Assembly (NCBI GenBank): GCA_017882995.1
Contig: JADGOL010000228.1
Coordinates: 771-64,770 of the forward strand
Reading direction: 5' to 3'
Source: Acidimicrobiales bacterium
GTDB taxonomy: Bacteria > Actinomycetota > Acidimicrobiia > Acidimicrobiales > UBA8190
DNA length: 64,000 nt
Positions 28,305-37,189 of the stretch are shown in pieces. How positions within the stretch are numbered: position 1 is the first letter of the stretch; each line of letters starts with the position of its first letter. The notes beneath the pieces were generated by a model. The model was not told the DNA's origin and did not search any database. It was given only the letters and a program-made list of their open reading frames with translations. The position numbers and the translations under genes were made by a program.

Positions 28305-29410
28305 CGGCAAGCCATGGCGCTCGCACCGTCGTCGCCAAGGTGGGGTCCTCGTCGATCACGAACGCCGGTGGCGGCGTGGACGCGGCGTCGATCGACAGGC
28401 TGTGCGCGCAGGTGGCCGAGTTGCGCGAGCTGGGACACAGCGTTGTCCTCGTCAGCTCCGGAGCGATCGCGGCGGGGTGGTTCGCCATGGGGGGAGGGCC
28501 CCGGCCCACCGACCCCGCCACCTTGCAGGCGGTCTCGGCCGTCGGGCAGTCGAAGCTCATGCGGGTGTACGACGAAGCGTTCGCCGCCCGAGGGCTCGCC
28601 GTCGGTCAGGTCCTGCTGGCGCCTCTCGACTTCATCCACCGCCAGCAGTACCTGCACGCCCGCCAGACCCTGTCTCGGCTGCTCGAGCTGGGCGTGGTCC
28701 CGGTGGTGAACGAGAACGACGCCACCTCCGATGACGAGATCCGGTTCGGTGACAACGACCGGTTGGCCGCGCTCGTGGCCCACCTCGTGGCGGCTGATCT
28801 GCTCGTGCTGCTCACCGACACCGCCGGCCTGCTGACCGCCGATCCCCGCACCACGGCCGAGGCGTCGCTCATCGAAGAGGTGATCGAGGTCGACCACGAG
28901 CTCGAGATCGTGGCGGGCGGGGCCGGCAGCGCGGTGGGAAGCGGAGGCATGGCGTCGAAGCTGGCCGCGGCGAAGATCGCGGCTTGGTCCGGCGTGGAGA
29001 CCGTCATCGCGGATGCCGGTCGGGCCGGAGTGCTGCGCGGTGTCATCGACGGGGAACCCGGCGTGGGCACCGTCTTCAGGGCCCGGGGGCGGCGTCTGCC
29101 GGCTCGGAAGCTGTGGATCGCGTTCGCGGTCGCCGCGGCGGGGACCCTCGTCGTGGACGAGGGAGCCCGCCGGGCGCTCGTGGAGCGAGAAGCGTCGCTG
29201 CTCCCTGCCGGGGTGGTGTCGGTGTCGGGTCGGTTCGACACCGATGACGCCGTGGAGATCGCAGGGCCCGACGGTGTGGTCTTCGCCAAGGGCCTGGCCC
29301 GTCATCCCGCGCATCTGGTGGCGTCGTGGGCGGGGCATCGTACGAGCGAATTGCCCGACGGCGCCGCGCCCGAAGTCGTGCACCGTGACGATCTCGTGGT
29401 GCTGGGCTGA
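28301..29410 (+). CDS. proB: Glutamate 5-kinase
   Basis: VVAKVGSSSIT, a C-terminal PUA-like domain, and ATGA overlap with obg. Confidence 0.95.
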   Translation: MTASHGARTVVAKVGSSSITNAGGGVDAASIDRLCAQVAELRELGHSVVLVSSGAIAAGWFAMGGGPRPTDPATLQAVSAVGQSKLMRVYDEAFAARGLAVGQVLLAPLDFIHRQQYLHARQTLSRLLELGVVPVVNENDATSDDEIRFGDNDRLAALVAHLVAADLLVLLTDTAGLLTADPRTTAEASLIEEVIEVDHELEIVAGGAGSAVGSGGMASKLAAAKIAAWSGVETVIADAGRAGVLRGVIDGEPGVGTVFRARGRRLPARKLWIAFAVAAAGTLVVDEGARRALVEREASLLPAGVVSVSGRFDTDDAVEIAGPDGVVFAKGLARHPAHLVASWAGHRTSELPDGAAPEVVHRDDLVVLG

Positions 29411-29421
29411 GGGCAGGGCGC

Positions 29422-30690
29422 GTGGCGGGGGTAGATTGGAGCATGGCCCCGCCGACCATCGAAGACCTCGGCCGTCGCGCCAAGGCGGCCTCGCGGGCCC
29501 TGGCCGTGGCGGACGGAGCGGCCAAGAACGGCGCCCTGCAGGTGGCCGCCGAGCTGCTCGAGGAGCGTGGAGCGGCGCTGCTCGAGCACAACGAAGTGGA
29601 TCTCGACCGGGCCCGGGTCGAGGGTGCCACCGAGGTGCAGACCGACCGGTTGCGTCTCACCCGGGAGCGGATCGACGCCATGGCCGACAGCCTGCGCCAG
29701 GTTGCTGCGCTGCCCGACCCCGTCGGTGAGGTCGTCGAAGGGTGGGTGCGCCCCAACGGCCTGCGTGTCGAGCGGGTCCGGGTCCCGCTCGGAGTGGTGG
29801 GGATCATCTACGAGAACCGCCCCAACGTCACGAGCGACGCGGCCGGACTGTGTCTCAAAGCGGGCAACGCCACCATGTTGCGGGGCTCGTCGAGCGCGGC
29901 GCAGTCGAACGCGGCGATCGTGGGCGCTCTGCGTGAGGCGCTCGTGAAGGTCGGGCTGCCCGAGGACGCCGTCGTGAACGTGGCGGACACGAGCCACGAG
30001 GCGGCGGTCCGGTTCATGCAGCTCGACGGGGTCATCGACTGTCTCGTGCCGCGCGGGGGCCACTCCCTCATTGCCTCGGTGCGCGAGCACGCCACCGTGC
30101 CGTATGTCATCGACGGGGACGGCAACTGCCACGTGTACGTCGATGCCGGTGCCGACCTCGACATGGCCCTGTCCATCGTGGTGAATGCCAAGACCCAGCG
30201 CCCCGGCGTGTGCAACGCGGCGGAGTCCCTCCTCGTCCACGAGGCGGTGGCGACCGAGTTCCTGCCGCGTGCCCAGGCGGCCCTGGCCGGTGTCGAGCTG
30301 CGCGGGGACCAGGCGAGCCGGGCGATCCTGCCCACCATCGCCGTCGCCGACGAGGCGGACTTCGCGGCCGAGTTCCTGGGCCCGGTCCTGTCGGTGGCGG
30401 TCGTCGCCGACCTCGATGGCGCCATCGACCACATCACCCGCTTCGGCTCGGGACACTCCGAGGCGATCGTCACCACGGACCTGCGCGCCGCGGAGCGGTT
30501 CTGTCGTGAGGTCGACGCCGCCGCGGTCGTCGTGAACGCGTCGACCCGGTTCGTCGACGGAGGAGAGCTCGGACTGGGCTCGGAGATCGGCATCTCGACC
30601 CAGAAGCTCCACGCCCGCGGTCCCATGGGGCTGCGCGAGCTCACCTGCGTCAAGTACGTCGTGCATGGTGACGGGCAGGTGCGGCGATGA
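29422..30690 (+). CDS. proA: Glutamate-5-semialdehyde dehydrogenase (gamma-glutamyl phosphate reductase)
   Basis: 422 aa. IYENRPNVT, catalytic Cys in GVCNAAESLLVH. Alternative start ATG 29443. Confidence 0.95.
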   Translation: MAGVDWSMAPPTIEDLGRRAKAASRALAVADGAAKNGALQVAAELLEERGAALLEHNEVDLDRARVEGATEVQTDRLRLTRERIDAMADSLRQVAALPDPVGEVVEGWVRPNGLRVERVRVPLGVVGIIYENRPNVTSDAAGLCLKAGNATMLRGSSSAAQSNAAIVGALREALVKVGLPEDAVVNVADTSHEAAVRFMQLDGVIDCLVPRGGHSLIASVREHATVPYVIDGDGNCHVYVDAGADLDMALSIVVNAKTQRPGVCNAAESLLVHEAVATEFLPRAQAALAGVELRGDQASRAILPTIAVADEADFAAEFLGPVLSVAVVADLDGAIDHITRFGSGHSEAIVTTDLRAAERFCREVDAAAVVVNASTRFVDGGELGLGSEIGISTQKLHARGPMGLRELTCVKYVVHGDGQVRR

Positions 30691-31706
30691 GCCCCGCCAG
30701 CGACAAGGACGGTGCCGTCGACGGGAAGACCGATGCGATGGGGATGCTCGGATTCCCCGACCCCGGCCCGCCCTTGTTCTCGTCGGTGACCGAAGTGCGC
30801 GAACGGCTCGCCGCGGTGGGCTATCTCGCCGACGACGGCATCGCCGGGGTGGTCCATCTGGCGGACCGTCTGGCCAAGCCGGTGCTCGTGGAGGGACCCG
30901 CCGGGACCGGCAAGACCGAGCTGGCCAAGTCGGTGGCGCGCGTTACCGGCAGCCGGCTCATCCGCCTGCAGTGCTACGAGGGGCTCGATGAGTCCAAGGC
31001 CCTCTACGAGTGGAACTACAAGAAGCAGTTGCTTCGGATCCAGGCTCAGCGCGTCGTCGACGACGACGGCACGAAGACCGGGTCGCCCGGCGACGACGAC
31101 GGCGCGGGCGACGGGGTGACGAGCTCGTGGCGAGACCTCGAGGAGGACATCTTCTCCGAGGAGTTCCTTCTCACCCGCCCCTTGCTCGAGGCCATCCGGT
31201 CCCCGGACCCGGTCGTCCTCCTCGTCGACGAGGTGGACCGGGTCGAGCTCGAGACCGAGGCGTTGCTGCTCGAGGTGCTGTCGGAGTACCAAGTGTCGAT
31301 CCCGGAGCTGGGTACGATCCGGGCCCAGCAGATCCCGCTCGTGTTCCTCACCTCCAACAACACCCGTGAGCTGTCCGAAGCGCTCAAGCGGCGGTGCTTG
31401 TACCTGCACCTCGACTACCCGTCGCTCGAACGCGAGCGCGACATCGTGTTGGCCCGGGTGCCCGGGGTGACCGAGGAGCTCGCCGATCAGATCGCCAGGA
31501 TCGTGCGGTCCCTGCGGACCCTCGAGCTCAAGAAATACCCCTCGGTCTCAGAAACCCTGGACTGGGCGCGGACCCTCGTGGTCCTGGGCGTCGAGTCGAT
31601 CGACGCCGAGCAGGCCAAGGCCACGTTGCACGTGCTGCTCAAATACCGCAGCGACCTCGAGCGCGCGGCCAAGGAGTTGGCCGTGGCCGGGGAGGACCGG
31701 GCCTGA
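30687..31706 (+). CDS. MoxR-class AAA+ ATPase (CoxD-like)
   Basis: Walker A EGPAGTGKT, Walker B VVLLVDEVDR, and CYEGLDESKALYEWNYKKQLL typical of CoxD/MoxR relatives. An acidic D/G-rich insert follows (VVDDDGTKTGSPGDDDGAGDG). ATG overlaps the proA stop (ATGA). Confidence 0.85.
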   Translation: MSPASDKDGAVDGKTDAMGMLGFPDPGPPLFSSVTEVRERLAAVGYLADDGIAGVVHLADRLAKPVLVEGPAGTGKTELAKSVARVTGSRLIRLQCYEGLDESKALYEWNYKKQLLRIQAQRVVDDDGTKTGSPGDDDGAGDGVTSSWRDLEEDIFSEEFLLTRPLLEAIRSPDPVVLLVDEVDRVELETEALLLEVLSEYQVSIPELGTIRAQQIPLVFLTSNNTRELSEALKRRCLYLHLDYPSLERERDIVLARVPGVTEELADQIARIVRSLRTLELKKYPSVSETLDWARTLVVLGVESIDAEQAKATLHVLLKYRSDLERAAKELAVAGEDRA

Positions 31707-31716
31707 GGAGGGGGTC

Positions 31717-33165
31717 GTGCTCGACGTCCTCACCGGGTTCGTAGGAGAGCTGCGCGCCGCGGGGCTGCCGGTTTCGCTCACCGAGTCCATCGACGCGGCC
31801 GAGGCGGTCCATCACATTCCGCTCGAGGACCGCGACGCGCTCAAATACGCGTTGGCCGCCACGCTCGTGAAGAGCTCCGCCCACTGGAAGGCCTTCGAGA
31901 CGGCCTTCGAGGTGTACTTCTCGATGCGGGGTCCCCAGTACGAGTTCGGTGACGATGACTCGTCGACCGGTGACCTTGACTCGGAGAACGACAACGAGAC
32001 CGAGAACCGGGGACGGGGCGAGGGTCGGGGACAGGGGAGCGGTGGCGGCGAGGGGCTGTCGCCCGAGGAGCTCGCCGAGATGTTGTTCCGGGCCCTGCTC
32101 TCGGCCAACGACGCCCAGGTCGCCGCGCTCGCCCGCCAGGCCGTGAGCCGCTTCGCGGGCATGGAGCCCGGCCGGCCCGTCGGAGGTACCTACTACCTGT
32201 ACCGCACGTTGCGAAACCTCGACCTCGACCGGGTCCTCGAGCGGCTCATGGAGACCGCCCGGGCCTCTGCTCCGGAGGGACAGTTGACGCCCCTGGAGGA
32301 GCGCCTGGCCCGTGACGAGTTCAAGAGCCGCCTCGATCGGCTGCGCCGGGAGCTCGAGGACGAGATCCGCCGCCGGCTCGTGGCCGATCGCGGCACCGAG
32401 GCCCTGGCCCGGTCACTGCGAAAGCCCCTGCCCGAAGAGATCGACTTCATGCACGCCACGCGCGACGAGTTGGCGTCACTGCGCCGTGCCATCCACCCCC
32501 TCACGCGCAAGCTGGCTGTCCGTCTGGCCCGCAAGCGTCGACACGGCCGCAAGGGCCCGCTCGACTTCCGGTCCACGATGCGCCATTCACTGTCGACCGG
32601 TGGTGTCCCGGTCGACCCCAAGTTCCGGTACCCCCGTCCCGCCAAGCCCGAGATCATCGTCATCGCCGACATCTCGGGATCGGTGGCTTCGTTCGCCCGG
32701 TTCACGTTGCATCTCGTGCATGCCATCAGCTCGCAGTTCTCGAAGGTGCGCAGCTTCGTGTTCATCGACGGGATCGACGAGGTCACGAGGTTCTTCGAGA
32801 ACGTCGACGACGTGGCCGACGCGGTGCACCGGATCAACACCGAGGCCGACGTGGTGTGGGTCGACGGGCACTCGGACTACGGCCACGCCCTGTCGGTGTT
32901 CTGGGAGCGCTGGGGTGAGGAGATCACGCCCCGTTCGAGCGTGTTGTTGCTCGGCGACGCCCGCAACAACTACCACGCCTCCCAAGCCTGGGTGATCTCC
33001 GAGATTCGGCACCGGGCCCGTCATGTGTATTGGCTCAACCCCGAGCCCCGCGCCTACTGGGGGACCGGCGACTCGATCCTCGGAGAGTACGCCGTGCATT
33101 GCGACGACGTCTTCGAGTGTCGGAACCTGCGCCAGCTCGAGCATTTCGTCACCGAGTTGGCGTGA
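31717..33165 (+). CDS. VWA domain protein, CoxE-like
   Basis: 482 aa. C-terminal VWA with MIDAS motif VIADISGSV, an acidic/G-rich linker (SENDNETENRGRGEGRGQGSGGGEG), and pairing with the MoxR ATPase. GTG start has GGAGGGGG upstream. Confidence 0.8.
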   Translation: MLDVLTGFVGELRAAGLPVSLTESIDAAEAVHHIPLEDRDALKYALAATLVKSSAHWKAFETAFEVYFSMRGPQYEFGDDDSSTGDLDSENDNETENRGRGEGRGQGSGGGEGLSPEELAEMLFRALLSANDAQVAALARQAVSRFAGMEPGRPVGGTYYLYRTLRNLDLDRVLERLMETARASAPEGQLTPLEERLARDEFKSRLDRLRRELEDEIRRRLVADRGTEALARSLRKPLPEEIDFMHATRDELASLRRAIHPLTRKLAVRLARKRRHGRKGPLDFRSTMRHSLSTGGVPVDPKFRYPRPAKPEIIVIADISGSVASFARFTLHLVHAISSQFSKVRSFVFIDGIDEVTRFFENVDDVADAVHRINTEADVVWVDGHSDYGHALSVFWERWGEEITPRSSVLLLGDARNNYHASQAWVISEIRHRARHVYWLNPEPRAYWGTGDSILGEYAVHCDDVFECRNLRQLEHFVTELA

Positions 33166-33884
33166 GCGCGGCGAAAGCGGGGAGTGGCGCCCCGCCGGGC
33201 GTGGGCACGGTGGCGCCGTCCTCGGAGAATCCCACCCGCGTCGTGCTCATCCGCCACGGCGAGGCGACCTGCAACGTGGACGGCGTGGTCGGGGGCCACG
33301 GGGGATGCACCGGTCTGTCGGATAAAGGGAGGCGCCAAGCCGCGGCCCTCCGGGATCGGCTCGAGGAGACCGGCGAGCTCTCGGCCGCCGGCGCGCTGTA
33401 CACGAGCGTGCTGGCTCGTGCCATCGAGACAGGGGGCATCGCCGCCGCCGGCATCGGTGATGGCACGGCACCGGTGGAGGATTGCGACCTGTGCGAGTTG
33501 CACCCAGGTGAGGCTGACGGCCTCACCTGGGACGAGTTCCGTGTCCGCTACGGCGAGCCCGACTTCGATGTCGATCCGGACAGTCCTGTGGCGCCCGGCG
33601 GCGAGAGCTGGAGCTCGTTCGTGTCCAGGGCTTCGGGCGCGGTGACGCGCCTGGCCGAGGCCCATCGCGGCGAGCTGGTCGTGATGGTGTGCCATGCCGG
33701 TGTCATCGAGTCGTCGCTCTTGGCGTTCCTGCCGGTGGCGCCGGGGCGCAGACGCCTGCGGTTGCCCACCGAGCACACATCGCTCACCGAGTGGGAGTTC
33801 GGAGGACCGGACTGGCGACTGGTGCGCTACAACGACGCCGCCCACCTCCGCACGCTGGACATGAGAGCGCCCACCTCGTCCTGA
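33162..33884 (+). CDS. Histidine phosphatase family protein (phosphoglycerate-mutase-like)
   Basis: RHG motif VVLIRHGEATCN and a second His in VCHAGVI. GTG 33162 overlaps the VWA gene stop (GTGA). Confidence 0.8.
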   Translation: MSAAKAGSGAPPGVGTVAPSSENPTRVVLIRHGEATCNVDGVVGGHGGCTGLSDKGRRQAAALRDRLEETGELSAAGALYTSVLARAIETGGIAAAGIGDGTAPVEDCDLCELHPGEADGLTWDEFRVRYGEPDFDVDPDSPVAPGGESWSSFVSRASGAVTRLAEAHRGELVVMVCHAGVIESSLLAFLPVAPGRRRLRLPTEHTSLTEWEFGGPDWRLVRYNDAAHLRTLDMRAPTSS

Positions 33885-33984
33885 GACGGCGTCGGATCGG
33901 CCTCACCGGTGCGCGGAGACCGAGGAGGCGCGCCGCTCGAGGATTTGGATCACGGGTTGCAGTCTCGTGCCGGTCGCCCGGGAC

Positions 33985-35565
33985 CTAACAGGCGTAGTCG
34001 CCGTCGAGGCTGATCCCGTTGGCCTGATTGGTGTACTGGGTCACCCACACCCCTCCCGTGGGCAGGAAGTTCCCGTTCTGCGCGGCGTAGGACACGGCGT
34101 TGGCACAGTTGCCCTGGGGGTCGTTGGTGTACCACGCCACCCACAGCGGCACCGCGGGTTGGAAGTTCCCGGCGATACCGTTCCACGTGAGGGGGCTCGT
34201 GTAGATGCCGACGTTGTTCACGCCGGTGCCGCGCAGCGCGTTGATCGCGCCCAGGACGACCTGGTCGTTCTCGGCGGTGTTGGTCGTCCAGTTGGCGCCT
34301 TCCACGTCCAGCCACCACGTGACCAAGGGGTTCACCCCCTGGGCCTGCGCGTACTGGTAGGCGTAGACCCCGGCCTCGTACCCCCAGTTGCACGCCACAT
34401 CACCGTTGCAGCCCGGTTGGTCGGTGGTGTCGGTCCCGTAGGTCATGAAGATGTAGAGGTTGAGCCCGCCCCCCGCCCATTGGGCTTCGTGGGCCAGGCA
34501 CGGGTTGGGGGACCCGTTGGACTGGCCGGTCGCCTCGACGATGCCGACGGTGTGGCCCGACGGCAACGTGTTGGTACAGGTCGGGGGGTTGTCCTGGAAC
34601 TTCGAAATGTCGTAGCCGAAGCTCCCCGACGGGTACGCGCCGTTGGCGGCCACGCCCGTGCCCGGGCCATCGGCGATGCCCACGACCGGGTTCGTGATGT
34701 GCTGGGGCGCCGAGCCGAAGTACCCGGCGTCGCCGAAGGCGGTGACCGCGCCGTTGGAGTCGGTCAGCCAGTACCCGCCGGGGTCGGAGGACGCGATCCC
34801 CACCACCGGGCGTGCCAGGGCGTGACCGCCGAGCGATCCGTCATAGCGGGCGGCGCCGAAGGCGAAGACCCCGCCGTCAGCCGCGACCATAAGGTATCCG
34901 CCTGCGACAGAGGAGGTCGCGCCCACGATCGGCGCTTGGAGGGTGAGTTTGCCGAGCGATCCGGCGAACCCGGCGTCGCCGAAGGCGAAGACGCCACCGT
35001 CCGACGCGAAGAGCCAGTAGCCGCGACCGTCGGGCGTCGCCACCATGGAGACCACCGGCTTGTTGAGCCTCACGGCCCCCATCGACCCGAAGAACGGTGC
35101 GTCGAAGGCGAACACCCCGCCGTCCGACGCCACGGTCCAGTAGCCGCCGGTGGCGGGGTCGGCCGCGATGCCCACCATGGGCTTGTTGAGCCTCACGGCC
35201 CCCATCGACCCGTGGAACCCGGCGTTGCCAAAGGTGAACACCCCGCCGTCGGTCGCCACGGTCCAGTACCCGAGGCCACTCGCACCCGACGGTCCGGTCG
35301 TCGGCGCGATGCCGACCATGGGCGCGGCCAGCGTGATCCCACCCATGGACCCGTAGAAGGGGAGGCCACCGAAGGCGAACACACCGCCGTCCGACGCCAC
35401 GGTCCAGTACGAGGGCACGCCCTGGGTGGAGGTGGGGACGGCGTCCATCAGCTGTCGTGGCGCGGTGCTCGAGGCCACCATTGCCGTCGAGACGACGGTG
35501 ACGGCGACGATCGACGCACCGAGCGCGCGTCCGAGACGCGCCAGGTTGTGGGGAAGACGAGGCAT
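33985..35565 (-). CDS. Secreted protein: six tandem roughly 41-aa YW(T/L)xASDGGVFAFG repeats (propeller-like) plus a C-terminal GH25/DUF1906-like glycoside-hydrolase-type domain
   Basis: 526 aa. N-terminal signal-like segment RLGRALGASIVAVTVVSTAMVASS, six repeats at aa 53-304. The C-terminal domain has GYDISKFQ, WWLDVE, VGIYTS, LWVAWY and WVTQYT, resembling lysozyme-like GH25/Rv2525c-type motifs. Confidence 0.7.
   Translation of the reverse strand: MPRLPHNLARLGRALGASIVAVTVVSTAMVASSTAPRQLMDAVPTSTQGVPSYWTVASDGGVFAFGGLPFYGSMGGITLAAPMVGIAPTTGPSGASGLGYWTVATDGGVFTFGNAGFHGSMGAVRLNKPMVGIAADPATGGYWTVASDGGVFAFDAPFFGSMGAVRLNKPVVSMVATPDGRGYWLFASDGGVFAFGDAGFAGSLGKLTLQAPIVGATSSVAGGYLMVAADGGVFAFGAARYDGSLGGHALARPVVGIASSDPGGYWLTDSNGAVTAFGDAGYFGSAPQHITNPVVGIADGPGTGVAANGAYPSGSFGYDISKFQDNPPTCTNTLPSGHTVGIVEATGQSNGSPNPCLAHEAQWAGGGLNLYIFMTYGTDTTDQPGCNGDVACNWGYEAGVYAYQYAQAQGVNPLVTWWLDVEGANWTTNTAENDQVVLGAINALRGTGVNNVGIYTSPLTWNGIAGNFQPAVPLWVAWYTNDPQGNCANAVSYAAQNGNFLPTGGVWVTQYTNQANGISLDGDYAC
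34654..35409 (-). repeat. Six in-frame 120-141-nt coding repeats (blades) inside the secreted protein gene
   Basis: Repeat boundaries were read from the protein (aa 53-99, 100-141, 142-182, 183-223, 224-264, 265-304). Two adjacent units share an identical 33-nt stretch (35057-35089 and 35180-35212), exactly 123 nt apart. Confidence 0.85.
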
Positions 35566-35767
35566 GGAGTGGTTGCTGCGATCCTTGCTGCGCGATGGCG
35601 CGTGTCCGCGGCTCCCCTAAGCGTCAGAGAGGCCGAGGGTCCGATCTCCATTCTCACGGAGAGTGCGGCGCGAAGCAACGACGCCCCCGAGAACCGTCGC
35701 CCACCTGGACCGATGCGTGGTGGACGTGGTGTCCTCGGGTGGAAACCGCCGCCGGACCTGGCGCCGC

Positions 35768-37114
35768 TCAGGCCCTCAGCAGCTCCGCGACGCGAAACGC
35801 GAGGTCGATGGCCTGACGGGCATTGAGACGGGGGTCACACGTCGTCGTGTAGCGCTCGTGCAGTTGCCCCTCGAGGATGTCGCCGAACCCACCGAGGCAT
35901 TCGGTGACGTCGTCCCCGGTGAGCTCGAGGTGCACGCCTCCGGGCCAGGTCCCCGCGGCGTGGTGGGCGGCGAAGAACCCCTTGAGCTCGGTCAGGATGT
36001 CGTCGAAGCGTCGCGTCTTGCGGCCCCCGTCGCTCACGAACGTGTTGCCGTGCATCGGATCACATGCCCACACCACCGGATGGTGCGCGGCGGTGACCGC
36101 CTCGAGCAACGGTGGCAGGGCATCGGCGATGGCGGTTGCGCCCATGCGGGTGATGAGGGTGAGGCGGCCCGGAGTCCGTTCGGGGTTCAGGCGCTCGCAC
36201 AGCGCCACCACCTCGGTCGGAGTGGTCGACGCGCCGATCTTGCATCCGACGGGGTTGTGGATCCCCGACAGGAAGTCGATGTGGGCGCCGCCGAGCTGGC
36301 GCGTGCGCTCACCGACCCACAGCATGTGCGCCGAGCAGTCGTACCAGTCGCCGGTGAGTGAGTCCATGCGGGTGAGGGCCTCTTCGTAGCCGAGGATGAG
36401 CGCGTCATGGCTCGTGTAGAAGTCGACCTGATGCAGCGACTGCTCCGCCTTGAGGTCGATCCCGCACGCGGCCATGAACCGCAGGGCCCGATCGATCTCG
36501 CCGGCGATCTGCTCGTAGCGACGTCCCTCGTCGCTCGAGGCGACGAACTGCTGGTTCCAGATGTGGACCTGGGCCAGATCGGCGAAGCCGCCCTTGGTGA
36601 AGGCGCGCACGAGGTTGAGTGTCGAGGCCGCCTGATGGTACGCGGCGACCAGCCGACTCGGGTCGGGAATCCGGGCCGTCGCGTCGGGGGCGTCGTCATT
36701 GACCATGTGGCCGCGGAAGGCGGGGAGCTCCACATCACCGACCCGCTCGGTGGGCGACGATCGAGGCTTGGCGAATTGCCCGGCGATGCGTCCCACCTTC
36801 AGGGCCGGGACACCGGCTCCGTAGGTCAAGACCACGGCCATCTGCAAGATGACCTTGAGCTTGTCCCGGATGTCGTCGGCCGAGAACTCGGCGAACGACT
36901 CGGCGCAGTCACCCGCCTGCAGGAGAAACGCCTTGCCGGCGGCCACCTCGGCCAGCGACGCCGTGAGCGTGCGCGCCTCACCGGCAAATACCAGAGGCGG
37001 CAGGTCGCCCAGTTCCTTGAGCACTCGCTCGAGGGCATCCGCGTCGGGCCACTCCGGCTGCTGCGCGGCAGGGAGGTCACGCCACCGTTGCGGGCTCCAC
37101 TGGGCTCGGCTCAT
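35768..37114 (-). CDS. aroG: 3-deoxy-7-phosphoheptulonate (DAHP) synthase, class II
   Basis: 448 aa from ATG 37114 (MSRAQWSPQRWRDLPAAQQPEWPD...). KAFLLQAGDCAESF and the class II length. The ORF upstream extension is rejected. Confidence 0.92.
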   Translation of the reverse strand: MSRAQWSPQRWRDLPAAQQPEWPDADALERVLKELGDLPPLVFAGEARTLTASLAEVAAGKAFLLQAGDCAESFAEFSADDIRDKLKVILQMAVVLTYGAGVPALKVGRIAGQFAKPRSSPTERVGDVELPAFRGHMVNDDAPDATARIPDPSRLVAAYHQAASTLNLVRAFTKGGFADLAQVHIWNQQFVASSDEGRRYEQIAGEIDRALRFMAACGIDLKAEQSLHQVDFYTSHDALILGYEEALTRMDSLTGDWYDCSAHMLWVGERTRQLGGAHIDFLSGIHNPVGCKIGASTTPTEVVALCERLNPERTPGRLTLITRMGATAIADALPPLLEAVTAAHHPVVWACDPMHGNTFVSDGGRKTRRFDDILTELKGFFAAHHAAGTWPGGVHLELTGDDVTECLGGFGDILEGQLHERYTTTCDPRLNARQAIDLAFRVAELLRA

Positions 37115-37189
37115 GGGTCTACAGCGTAAATGCTCGGCGCCTACGCTCGTGACGTGCACGCGACGGTCGGGGAAGGCGGCGGGGAGTCG

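Noticed and set aside
25116-28310. 1064-aa ORF on the minus strand spanning rne, rplU, rpmA and obg
   Set aside because: It is antisense to four unmistakable housekeeping genes. The translation is Arg/Gly/His/Pro/Asp-rich with no recognisable motifs, which is typical of stop-codon-poor antisense frames in high-GC DNA.
35566-35767. Assigning the hydrolase leader to the ydaO/cyclic-di-AMP riboswitch class
   Set aside because: Only loose resemblance (isolated GGGGA/CCGC elements) could be seen by eye. Without a covariance-model search the class cannot be claimed, so it is kept only as a candidate structured leader in the findings.
33967-35826. 619-aa plus-strand ORF
   Set aside because: It is antisense to the repeat/GH25-like gene. 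The minus-strand frame shows a clean six-fold protein repeat and hydrolase motifs, whereas this frame is G/R/V/H-rich nonsense.
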